Of a DNA stretch of 32,000 bases, positions 24,705-32,000 are shown piece after piece. The stretch spans positions 15,033 through 47,032 of the forward strand of contig NZ_JAJNNZ010000002.1 of assembly GCF_022836845.1 (NCBI RefSeq), read 5' to 3'. Source of the stretch: Vibrio gelatinilyticus. GTDB taxonomy: Bacteria > Pseudomonadota > Gammaproteobacteria > Enterobacterales > Vibrionaceae. Below the pieces are notes generated by a model. The model searched no databases and had not been told where the DNA came from. It saw only the letters and a list, made by a program, of their open reading frames with translations. The translations under genes and the position numbers were made by a program. Every line of letters begins with the position of its first letter. Within the stretch, counting starts at the first letter, position 1.

Positions 24705-25334
24705 TCACCAATCAATGTAATATGTCACCTTATCATCTTCTTGGCTCTCTCTATCCCGAATATTTATGGTCTGCTCAATCATCTTTATTTGAACTTTGTC
24801 TTTTTCGACAAGTATCGCATCCCGCCCAAGCTTAGATAGGGTTGCCGATAAGGACTCGATACGAGCAATAGTTCGCTCTTCTGCCTCCATGCTCTTAAGT
24901 AACAGTTCTGAAAGCGCGACTTTCATTTCAACGTCACTGCACTCTCTGACCTGAGCTTCTATATTTGAGCGATACTTCATAACCGATACCAAACGAGAAC
25001 GGCACGCCAGTAACTCATCCTCTAAGCTTTTTACTTGAAGGGCAAGCTCCACATCATCTTCATTTAATAGACTGGAGTAACCGCCATGTTTACGTGCAAT
25101 TTGATTGCCTTTAGAAAATGAGGTTTGGTTCGCTTTCTGAGGCTGAGACTCGATCACATTTTGCCGTTTCGTTTCTGGTGAGTTTTTTGCGACCTGCTTT
25201 ATATCCTTAACACTGATTTGCTTTCTAGCAGATTGGTAGTCCACTTGGTTTTGCTGACACCACCCTTTTAAACTAACTCCCGTTTCTAAGTATGCCTGTT
25301 GGTATAACTGCCGATTTTTGTTCCAATCCGTCAC
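24705..25334 (-). CDS. Hypothetical protein (209 aa); weak resemblance to YjcR-type small terminase/HTH proteins
   Basis: GTG start with AAGGAGAA RBS. The N-terminus is HTH-like (YLETGVSLKGWCQQNQVDYQSARKQIS). A KGNQIARKHGGYS motif recalls the GN.NA.KHG.YS repeats of some TerS proteins. The C-terminus is a coiled coil. The functional call is weak. Confidence 0.4.
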   Translation of the reverse strand: MTDWNKNRQLYQQAYLETGVSLKGWCQQNQVDYQSARKQISVKDIKQVAKNSPETKRQNVIESQPQKANQTSFSKGNQIARKHGGYSSLLNEDDVELALQVKSLEDELLACRSRLVSVMKYRSNIEAQVRECSDVEMKVALSELLLKSMEAEERTIARIESLSATLSKLGRDAILVEKDKVQIKMIEQTINIRDRESQEDDKVTYYIDW

Positions 25335-25358
25335 AAGATTCTCCTTACTGAAATTTAT

Positions 25359-25400
25359 CCTCCCCTCCGCCTCTTGTGTAGGGAAGAAGCGGAGGGGAGG
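25359..25400 (-). terminator. 12-bp perfect stem CCTCCCCTCCGC, 18-nt loop, GCGGAGGGGAGG, between the RepA-like gene and the TerS-like gene
   Basis: Read directly from the sequence. On the minus strand ATAAATTT follows, which is only a weak U-run. It may be an attenuator, processing site or partial terminator. Confidence 0.45.
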
Positions 25401-25405
25401 AGTGT

Positions 25406-26467
25406 TTAGGCTTTATCCACCATGCAGTGCAGTTGGCCATGTTGTTCAATAACTACGCCTCTATTCTGTAACCTCTGTAATGAGCGACTAAAGTTCTTAA
25501 CTGGATAACCGAGAGCTTTGAAGTCATCTCTTATAATTTCTCTTACCGTCGACTCACCTGAGGCAGATCTAGAGCGTATTATTTCCCACAGAGCAACTTG
25601 GACAGGACTCATCTCACTTTTTTCCGGATGACTATCAACATCTGGTACCTCTCTTGCTTCATCACTATCGACGCTCAATGAGTAGATATTCTTCCCCTCA
25701 TGATTAGTGAAAACCATTACAGGCTTTAAGGTATAAGCAGCAGGTTTTATGGGCTGGTCATCTTTCATTTTCTCGCAACTGAGTGTCAGACTCTCGCCTT
25801 CGGAATCATCACTCGGATTTTTCACCACTTTAAACTCAAAATCACAAGCAGCACGCAACGCAGAACTACCTCGCGCAGCATTGGCTTCGTTCTTCCCACT
25901 ATGGTGAACGATAAGCACTGAGACTTTCATCATGGCTTTCAGCATGTCACAGCCGGAAACAAAGAAGTTCATATCCCGCGTACTGTTCTCATCTGCACCA
26001 TTAAAGCACCGTGCTAATGTATCGAAGACCACCAGCTCTATCTGAGTATTTTCAACCTCCTCTATTTGTTTAATCGTCGACATCAACGCATTAAGTGAAC
26101 GAGGGTCTGCGATGTGTACAGGCTCATATATTGAGTAAAAGTTTTTTGCTGCCCCTCCCTTGAGGTTGGCACGCTCCCACGCTTTAATCCGACGCGGAGC
26201 ACCTATTCCACCCTCCGCTACCACATACAATACAGCTGCTTTCTTAACGTTACGGCCACTCCATGTCTTTCCTGTCGCAATGTGTGCGGCCCAGTCCATA
26301 ACAAGAAAGGACTTAAATGAACCACTCGGGCCATAGACGACACCAAATGAGTTCGCAGGCAAGATGCCTTCAATGAGGTAGTCGACTTGTACGTCATACC
26401 CCGTTGATCCTGATGTCCATGGGTAGAGTCTTTCGTTGCTCTGCGATACATAACTAACCATGTTCAC
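25406..26467 (-). CDS. RecA-fold AAA_25/RepA-like ATPase with C-terminal winged-helix domain (island replication/initiator-type protein)
   Basis: Walker A GPSGSFKSF, Walker B ELVVFDTLAR and LIVHHSGK. The C-terminus REIIRDDFKALGYPVKNFSRSLQRLQNRGVVIE is wHTH-like. It overlaps the upstream ORF by 14 nt. Confidence 0.75.
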   Translation of the reverse strand: MNMVSYVSQSNERLYPWTSGSTGYDVQVDYLIEGILPANSFGVVYGPSGSFKSFLVMDWAAHIATGKTWSGRNVKKAAVLYVVAEGGIGAPRRIKAWERANLKGGAAKNFYSIYEPVHIADPRSLNALMSTIKQIEEVENTQIELVVFDTLARCFNGADENSTRDMNFFVSGCDMLKAMMKVSVLIVHHSGKNEANAARGSSALRAACDFEFKVVKNPSDDSEGESLTLSCEKMKDDQPIKPAAYTLKPVMVFTNHEGKNIYSLSVDSDEAREVPDVDSHPEKSEMSPVQVALWEIIRSRSASGESTVREIIRDDFKALGYPVKNFSRSLQRLQNRGVVIEQHGQLHCMVDKA

Positions 26468-26810
26468 CTCTCAAATTTACTCGTTTATAATCAGCAATCT
26501 TCTGTTTTAGCTCAGACTTACTGGTGAACGAACCATCCCAATCTGCTCTCATTACCAGTTGTGAATTAACGTACTGGTTATAGATATACTCAGCCCCATC
26601 TCGGGTCAGAATCAACCTTCTGTCGGACCCTTTAAAGAAGAAGTCTTTAACTTGAACGTGAGGCTTATAACCCCCCCGCACTTTCTTGAGCAGACGCCCG
26701 TCAGCTAAGTCTTCTAGCGTCAGCCTCTCATCTAAACCATTCATGAACATCATCGCTACTAGTAAAGAGTTAGCTGGTGTATTTGGTTTTATATAAGACA
26801 TAATCAGCAC
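26454..26810 (-). CDS. Hypothetical protein (about 115 aa)
   Basis: It lies in the operon between alpA and the ATPase. The likely true start is the ATG at 26801 (MSYIKPN), preceded by AAGGTAGG. Confidence 0.55.
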   Translation of the reverse strand: MLIMSYIKPNTPANSLLVAMMFMNGLDERLTLEDLADGRLLKKVRGGYKPHVQVKDFFFKGSDRRLILTRDGAEYIYNQYVNSQLVMRADWDGSFTSKSELKQKIADYKRVNLRGEHG

Positions 26811-27017
26811 CTACCTTGTCTGTGTAACAACATTGGACTCAATGAAGGCATCAAGGTCAGACTGTCGATAAAAGACCTTGCGCCCGACTTTGATAAATGG
26901 AAGCTGGTAGCGGCCTGTGGAGGCCCAGACAGCGAGAGTGCCCTCGGTAACACCGAGGTACTCTGCGGCTTGTTTGCGGTTTAAACGGGTTGTATTGGGA
27001 TTTATGCAAATTGGCAT
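26811..27017 (-). CDS. alpA: AlpA-family (MerR-like HTH) prophage regulatory/excisionase-type protein
   Basis: 68 aa. LNRKQAAEYLGVTEGTLAVWASTGRYQLPFIKVGRKVFYRQSDLDAFI is the typical AlpA/Xis HTH pattern. Confidence 0.85.
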   Translation of the reverse strand: MPICINPNTTRLNRKQAAEYLGVTEGTLAVWASTGRYQLPFIKVGRKVFYRQSDLDAFIESNVVTQTR

Positions 27018-27069
27018 GAGCTACTCCTTTTAATTGGTAGTAACGCCAACTTAACCAAGCACTTTGCGG

Positions 27070-27822
27070 CTACTCAGGGTTGCCGCAATTTTTTTTAATT
27101 TTCTCCGCTATTTCTTTGATCGATGGAATCTCGAATGTATCGCTAGTACTCTTTTTAATTAGCTCAGGTCGAATTAATTGAGCGGCTCGGGTTTTAGTAT
27201 CTGTAGGGTTCGTGGCGAAGTGTTCTTTCGCTAGATTTTGCGCTTCCTTCTGCCACCAACCAGAAAACTCACTTCTATTTTTGTTACTGCGCGATGAGAC
27301 ATCACAGCGCCTTTGTGCCATCAAAACTTGCTTATCTGTTCGCGCCACTAACAAGTTATTTAAATGCCCAGAAAGCAAAAAACAAAGTTCAACTGCCGAG
27401 TCAGAATCACCTTTAAGCAAACAGTGGACGACTTGCCGAAGCCTAAGCAACGCGTGTCCAAGGGCACTCAAATAATTAGATTTTTCATCACTAGCTAAGA
27501 GTATCAGCGCATGCTCCAGCAAAACGGGGTTGTTCTCGTACTCGTATGTACCATTGATTTCCTCATAACCTAACTCCAACAAAAGTAGCTTTATTTCTTG
27601 ATATGTTTGCTGGATTTGCGTTTTCAATATAGGCCGTTCGAGCCTCTCTAGTAGCACTAGGTCTAAGCCGGGTAAAAGCCTTGCTTCTTTAACGAGTGAC
27701 GCTAGATACTCTTCATCGATTATGGGGTGCTTAACAATAAGTGGGCTGGTGTAGTATTTGAACGACGCGTTATTAGCTCTAGCTCTAGACGGGTACTTTT
27801 CTTGATGTTCGACGAAGCTCAT
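27070..27822 (-). CDS. Hypothetical protein (250 aa), first gene inside the right island end
   Basis: A clean ORF co-oriented with alpA. I recognise no motifs. Confidence 0.55.
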   Translation of the reverse strand: MSFVEHQEKYPSRARANNASFKYYTSPLIVKHPIIDEEYLASLVKEARLLPGLDLVLLERLERPILKTQIQQTYQEIKLLLLELGYEEINGTYEYENNPVLLEHALILLASDEKSNYLSALGHALLRLRQVVHCLLKGDSDSAVELCFLLSGHLNNLLVARTDKQVLMAQRRCDVSSRSNKNRSEFSGWWQKEAQNLAKEHFATNPTDTKTRAAQLIRPELIKKSTSDTFEIPSIKEIAEKIKKNCGNPE

Positions 27823-27872
27823 TTTCGCACCTTCCTTGATGACACAAATACTTTAGTTATTAGCCAATTCAG

Positions 27873-27897
27873 CGGCACCACCACGGCACCACAGAAA
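27873..27897. promoter_or_regulatory. Right copy of the 25-bp GGCACCAC-containing repeat (candidate arm-type Int site)
   Basis: Identical to 5695-5719. It lies 43 nt from the right core repeat. Confidence 0.5.
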
Positions 27898-27904
27898 CGA
27901 CAAA

Positions 27905-27938
27905 GCCCCGTTAACTCATTGAGCTAACGGGGCTTTTT
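27905..27938. terminator. Island-encoded hairpin GCCCCGTTA, 11-nt loop, TAACGGGGC, just 3' of the tRNA
   Basis: TTTTT follows on the plus strand and only TTTG on the minus strand. It could terminate the tRNA transcript and/or insulate the island end. Confidence 0.55.
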
Positions 27939-27940
27939 GT

Positions 27941-27966
27941 AATAAATGGCACGCCCTGTAGGATTC
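27941..27966. repeat. Island right attachment repeat (within and adjacent to the intact tRNA-Arg 3' end)
   Basis: Identical to 5535-5560. Confidence 0.9.
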
Positions 27967-28023
27967 GAACCTACGACCACATCCTTAGAAGGGACGTGCT
28001 CTATCCAGCTGAGCTAAGGGCGC
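27947..28023 (-). tRNA. tRNA-Arg (anticodon UCU)
   Basis: I folded the reverse complement GCGCCCTTAGCTCAGCTGGATAGAGCACGTCCCTTCTAAGGATGTGGTCGTAGGTTCGAATCCTACAGGGCGTGCCA by hand. The acceptor stem is GCGCCCT/AGGGCGT, the D stem GCTC/GAGC, the anticodon stem CGTCC/GGATG with loop CTTCTAA, and the T stem GTAGG/CCTAC with TTCGAAT. It ends in an encoded CCA. Confidence 0.92.
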
Positions 28024-28139
28024 GCTACAGGGAAAGGATTATACGAGTTGAAGTGGGTAAATCAATGGCTTTCTCACTCTTTGTGATTCAACCGCCCAAA
28101 AAAAAGCCAATATTGAGCCGAGTGACGAAAAACACCTCG

Positions 28140-28155
28140 ATGCAAACGTTTGCTT
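28140..28155. promoter_or_regulatory. PurR-box-like palindrome ATGCAAACGTTTGCTT upstream of folD
   Basis: It matches the recalled PurR operator consensus ACGCAAACGTTTGCGT at 14 of 16 positions. It lies about 180 nt upstream of the folD ATG. Confidence 0.45.
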
Positions 28156-28333
28156 TGTAGCAATTGGAAATGTTTTCTGGGACAATGCATACAAAAATAT
28201 CAGCTTGATTAACCAAAATGGCACACAATAAGTGTCTAACACAACGGTCATCGCAAACAATTGTTATGACTAACATCACGCTACCACAGCGTCCCCTTAA
28301 GTTTTGGTTGAAATAACAATTTCAAGGAACAAC

Positions 28334-29197
28334 ATGACTGCTCAAAACATCGATGGAAAACTCATTTCCCAAACTGTACGCTCCGAAGTGGCTGCACGTG
28401 TTAAGGCACGAACCAGCGCTGGCTTAAGAGCCCCTGGCCTAGCCGTCGTTTTAGTGGGTGAAGATCCAGCATCGCAAGTGTACGTGGGCAGCAAGCGCCG
28501 AGCTTGCGAAGAAGTTGGCTTTGTGTCCAAATCATATGACTTACCAGCGAGCGCGAAAGAAGAAGAGTTATTAAAATTAGTTGATGAGCTCAACAACGAT
28601 CCCGAGGTTGACGGCATCCTTGTCCAACTTCCTCTTCCAGCAGGAATCGATACTACGCATGTTCTTGAGCGTATTATCCCAGAGAAAGACGTCGACGGCT
28701 TCCACCCTTATAACGTGGGTCGTTTAGCACAGCGCATTCCTAAGCTTCGTTCGTGCACACCAAAAGGCATTATCACGCTACTGGATCGCTACAATATTCA
28801 GTTGCGCGGTAAACACGCCGTCATTGTAGGCGCCTCGAATATTGTGGGTCGTCCTATGACACTAGAACTCTTGCTTGCGGGCTGCACCACGACGACTTGT
28901 CATCGTTTTACCAAAGACTTGGAAAGCCACGTTCGTCAGGCTGATGTCGTTGTGGTTGCTGTCGGTAAGCCTAACTTTGTTCCGGGTCATTGGATTAAGA
29001 AAGGGGCCGTCGTGGTCGATGTGGGCATAAATAGGCTAGAAAATGGCACCTTAGTGGGTGATGTGGAATACGATATTGCCAAAGAAAACGCCAGTTTCAT
29101 TACTCCAGTACCGGGCGGCGTTGGCCCAATGACGGTCGCAAGTTTAATCGAAAACACGATGATTGCCTGCGAGCAGTTCCACACCAAAAAGAAATAA
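28334..29197 (+). CDS. folD: Bifunctional 5,10-methylene-tetrahydrofolate dehydrogenase/cyclohydrolase
   Basis: The track ORF starts at TTG 28304, while the ATG at 28334 gives the canonical [20 protein letters not shown]. Further motifs are [37 protein letters not shown] and [11 protein letters not shown]. Confidence 0.95.
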   Translation: MTAQNIDGKLISQTVRSEVAARVKARTSAGLRAPGLAVVLVGEDPASQVYVGSKRRACEEVGFVSKSYDLPASAKEEELLKLVDELNNDPEVDGILVQLPLPAGIDTTHVLERIIPEKDVDGFHPYNVGRLAQRIPKLRSCTPKGIITLLDRYNIQLRGKHAVIVGASNIVGRPMTLELLLAGCTTTTCHRFTKDLESHVRQADVVVVAVGKPNFVPGHWIKKGAVVVDVGINRLENGTLVGDVEYDIAKENASFITPVPGGVGPMTVASLIENTMIACEQFHTKKK

Positions 29198-29469
29198 CGA
29201 TTCGCTTTATCGCGCAGGGCCCTTTGGCCCTGCACTGCGCTTGCCTACCAAACACAGCTCTCGCTTTACTCTGCCAGTGACCGATCGCCTCTTAACTCCA
29301 TGATAATAAAAACTTTGCAAGATAAAAAAAGAAAATAAACACTGTATACACCGTCGCATTTTTACGCTTAAAGTTTCGGTGAAATCGACCGACTCAATTC
29401 TAGATCACAGACTCATGTTCTGTTTGTCCGTAAAACTCAACTGAGACATTTAATTGAGGAGTATGTGAT

Positions 29470-29721
29470 ATGTTTAAGAAAAATGCAGTGATCACTGCAG
29501 AAAATGGCCTTCATACACGACCAGCGGCGCAATTTGTAAAAGAGGCTAAGAAATACACAGAAGAGGTTGAGGTGATCTCTCACGGTAAAACAGCCACAGC
29601 AAAGAATCTGTTTAAGCTACAAACTCTTGGTTTGGTCAAAGGCACAGAAGTCACCGTACAATCAACAAACCAACAAGCCGTCGATGAGCTTACCAAGTTT
29701 CTAGAAACGGTAACAGGCTAA
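29470..29721 (+). CDS. HPr-family phosphocarrier protein
   Basis: 83 aa. [13 protein letters not shown] contains the active-site His, and HPr-like LGL.KG.EV follows. RBS GAGGAG. Confidence 0.8.
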   Translation: MFKKNAVITAENGLHTRPAAQFVKEAKKYTEEVEVISHGKTATAKNLFKLQTLGLVKGTEVTVQSTNQQAVDELTKFLETVTG

Positions 29722-29764
29722 CCACTTACACGCTAAGTGCCGAAGAGCGAAGTCCTTAAAACAA

Positions 29765-29808
29765 AGCTCGCCTCTCGCTAAGTAATCGATAGATAGCGAG
29801 GGGCGAGC
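29765..29808. terminator. Long imperfect hairpin between the convergent HPr-like and transglycosylase genes
   Basis: AGCTCGCCTCTCGCTA, 12-nt spacer, TAGCGAGGGGCGAGCT. Confidence 0.55.
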
Positions 29809-29869
29809 TGACTAAATAGAGGCATGTCGCTCATCGGGAGATCATTCACCCTCTAACCATCATCATTTA

Positions 29870-30847
29870 TTACTTCATAGCGATTCGATCAGCTAGATGA
29901 CTCACCGCTAGCGCAAAGTAATACGAGCGATTCCACTTCATGAGTACGTTGTAATTATTGTAAACCAGGTAAACACGGCCATTTTCATCGTCAGGCATGA
30001 TAAGCCAGGCTTTTATGTCCTTGTTGAGCTTGGGTAACGGACGTCCGTCATAACGAGTAACGCCGAGCTTACTCCACTCTTGAAGGTATTTACCTTTTTC
30101 AGCTTCACGCCCTTGCAGATCCGGTGAGATGCCGTGAGGAACTTTCACTTGTCGCCCCCAGGTGTAGGTATCATTCCAGCCAGATTTCGATAAATAGTTA
30201 GCCGTGGAAGCAAACACATCCTCTTCGTTATCCCAGATGTCCTTCTTACCATCACCGTTCCCATCTGCGGCAAAATTTAAGAAAGAACTTGGCATAAACT
30301 GGCTCTGTCCCATGGCTCCAGCCCAAGAACCTTTCATTTCGCTGGGTGCGATATGGCCTTGCTCTAGAATCGTCAATGCAGCCATCGCCTCAGAACGGAA
30401 AAATGCTTCTCGGCGCCCTTCGTACGCGAGCGTAGACAGAGCATCAATAACACGATAATTACCAGTGAACTTACCAAAGTTGCTTTCTACGCCCCACAGA
30501 GCGACGATAAACCTTGGTTGTACGCCATAGTCGTTTCCTATGCGTGTTAATTCCGCATAGTGCTTCTCATACAGCTTCTTAGCTTGTTTTACTTTCCAGT
30601 CTGGTACAGCCCTAGGGATATACTCGTCAAGAGTGAGCCTTTTCTCCGGCTGATTACGATCTGCGGTTACTGCACGAGGCTTATAGTCGACGCCTGTAAA
30701 AGCCTCCGTCAGAATTGCTTCTGATATCCCAAGTTCCCTTGCTTCTTGCTTCATCTCTTCAACGTACTGTTCAAAAGATACTTTTTCGACTGAAAATGCT
30801 GGCGCAGATACACTTAACGCCAACATCACTGACAATACTTTTTTCAA
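29870..30847 (-). CDS. Lytic murein transglycosylase (MltB-like family), secreted
   Basis: Signal peptide MKKVLSVMLALSVSAPAFS. Further motifs are VALWGVESNFG (catalytic Glu), GSWAGAMGQSQFMPSSF, DGNGDGKKDIW and SYYFALAV. Confidence 0.85.
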   Translation of the reverse strand: MKKVLSVMLALSVSAPAFSVEKVSFEQYVEEMKQEARELGISEAILTEAFTGVDYKPRAVTADRNQPEKRLTLDEYIPRAVPDWKVKQAKKLYEKHYAELTRIGNDYGVQPRFIVALWGVESNFGKFTGNYRVIDALSTLAYEGRREAFFRSEAMAALTILEQGHIAPSEMKGSWAGAMGQSQFMPSSFLNFAADGNGDGKKDIWDNEEDVFASTANYLSKSGWNDTYTWGRQVKVPHGISPDLQGREAEKGKYLQEWSKLGVTRYDGRPLPKLNKDIKAWLIMPDDENGRVYLVYNNYNVLMKWNRSYYFALAVSHLADRIAMK

Positions 30848-30871
30848 ATTGCCCTCCTGAGCAACTCGCTC

Positions 30872-31147
30872 TTATTTCTGTTTTGCTTTTAGTTCTTTAT
30901 GGCGTTCAAGCAGATTGACTGGCGGTGGCGGCAACTGTAGGAAAAAACCCTCTAGCTTTAGAGACTCTTTTACCTTCTCGACATCCACAGATGCCAATTT
31001 CCGCTGTTCAATTTTAATCACCATGACAAAGATAGGTTTACCGAACATCTCTAACAAGGTGTCAGGGACTTGTGAAAAATCATCCTTCTTGTTGACATAC
31101 AGGTACATACCTTCTTTTTTTGAGCTTTTGTAAATTGAACAAAGCAT
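30872..31147 (-). CDS. ycgL: YcgL-domain protein
   Basis: [27 protein letters not shown]...FG……L..QGFYLQ-type pattern (here [10 protein letters not shown]). It sits next to minC, as in many gammaproteobacteria. Confidence 0.82.
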   Translation of the reverse strand: MLCSIYKSSKKEGMYLYVNKKDDFSQVPDTLLEMFGKPIFVMVIKIEQRKLASVDVEKVKESLKLEGFFLQLPPPPVNLLERHKELKAKQK

Positions 31148-31326
31148 TGATAAGCCTCTTGTTTAACATCTCTCTAACGCAATGAAAAGTACAACGTACT
31201 CTTTGTAAGAAAATTGCGTGTTATTTGCCTATTTGGTCATGAGATAACTTGCCGTCATCCCTGTTGGAATATAACATGACTAGCCTAGTCAAAGACAATG
31301 CCATTACTACAAGGAATTCTTCGTAG

Positions 31327-31989
31327 ATGTCTCAAACACCCGATCTGAAAGGTAGCAGTTTTACGCTTTCAGTGTTACATCTTTCTGATAATAACATCTC
31401 GAATACCGTTCACTTCATCAAAGAGAAAATTGATCAAGCTCCGAGCTTTTTTAAATCGGCGCCCGTTGTCATCAATATTGCGAAAGTTGATGGTGATATT
31501 GATTTCCTTGACTTAAAACTGGGCATTGAAGAAGTGGGGATGATCCCTGTGGGTATTACAGGTTGCAAAGATAAGCGCACTCAGACTCTGGCGTCACAGG
31601 TCGGTTTGGCTGTAATGACTGCCAGCAATATGCCTGCTAAAGCACCAGCCAAGATGCAACCAACCAAAGTGATTCGCACCCCAGTGCGCTCTGGTCAGCA
31701 AATTTACGCCAAAGATGGCGACCTGGTCGTTCTCAGTCATGTTAGCGCTGGCGCTGAAGTCATTGCCGATGGGACGATCCACATTCACGGTACACTGAGA
31801 GGCAGGGCTATCGCAGGTGCTAGTGGCTGCTCTCAGGCAAAAGTTTTTTGTAATGATTTACAAGCTGAGCTGATTTCCATCGCTGGAAACTATTGGCTTA
31901 GCGATCAAATTGCAGGCGAATACTGGAACAAAAAAGTCATGCTTAGCATGGAAAACGAATCACTCAGTATTGAAACGCTGTCTATTTAA
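31327..31989 (+). CDS. minC: Septum site-determining protein MinC
   Basis: [13 protein letters not shown], then a linker, then the C-terminal beta-helix motif [52 protein letters not shown] at the window end fits a following minD. Confidence 0.93.
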   Translation: MSQTPDLKGSSFTLSVLHLSDNNISNTVHFIKEKIDQAPSFFKSAPVVINIAKVDGDIDFLDLKLGIEEVGMIPVGITGCKDKRTQTLASQVGLAVMTASNMPAKAPAKMQPTKVIRTPVRSGQQIYAKDGDLVVLSHVSAGAEVIADGTIHIHGTLRGRAIAGASGCSQAKVFCNDLQAELISIAGNYWLSDQIAGEYWNKKVMLSMENESLSIETLSI

Positions 31990-32000
31990 TTTAAAAGGAA

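Larger units (their letters stand above)
5535..27966. mobile_element. 22.4-kb integrative genomic island in tRNA-Arg(UCU). It carries a P4-type integrase, a DGR, a kinase/PP2C/Hsp70 cluster and a satellite-like AlpA/Rep/TerS module
   Basis: The 26-bp direct repeats mark the ends. An integrase sits just inside the left end and AlpA just inside the right end. E. coli-like core synteny is interrupted, and the original tRNA terminator is stranded at 5501-5531. Confidence 0.85.

Noticed and set aside
28039-28279. Two overlapping minus-strand ORFs (63 and 73 aa) between the tRNA and folD
   Set aside because: They sit in the AT-rich promoter region, overlap each other in different frames and give hydrophobic low-information translations with no RBS.

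Overview
The window looks like a gammaproteobacterial chromosome, Vibrionaceae-like judging only by gene content and synteny. No database search was possible, so every family call rests on motifs I read in the translations. The core flanks are ordinary. On the left are a DUF1538-like membrane protein, yfcH, ybbO-like SDR, cnoX/ybbN, qmcA and ybbJ. On the right are tRNA-Arg(UCU), folD, an HPr-like protein, a lytic murein transglycosylase, ycgL and minC. Between them sits a 22.4-kb genomic island (5535-27966) inserted into the 3' end of tRNA-Arg. It is bounded by a 26-bp direct repeat and has a P4-type integrase at the left end and an AlpA/RepA-like/TerS-like satellite-type module at the right end. 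The island cargo is the interesting part and has three components. (1) A complete diversity-generating retroelement on the minus strand, in the order target, avd, TR, RT. Its 110-bp TR/VR pair differs at 17 positions, all of them template adenines. (2) The DGR target is a 964-aa single-pass receptor-type Hanks Ser/Thr kinase. Its predicted periplasmic C-terminal FGE-sulfatase/C-type-lectin-fold domain carries the VR. (3) An adjacent tight operon encodes a 617-aa membrane protein with a degenerate P-loop, a 948-aa paralogous kinase with a different, non-diversified C-terminal domain, a lid-less Hsp70-like ATPase and a PP2C phosphatase. A 623-aa Ala/Gln/Ser low-complexity protein is transcribed divergently from this operon. 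Both kinases begin with a J-domain-like helical module lacking HPD, and they share a 140-bp perfectly identical tract. I read the whole 7167-21227 block as one candidate conflict or signalling system: a kinase/PP2C/chaperone module coupled to a hypervariable sensor. The rest of the island holds orphan ORFs and a decayed junction made of a frameshifted integrase, an IS3 transposase fragment and a KAP NTPase truncated at its P-loop.
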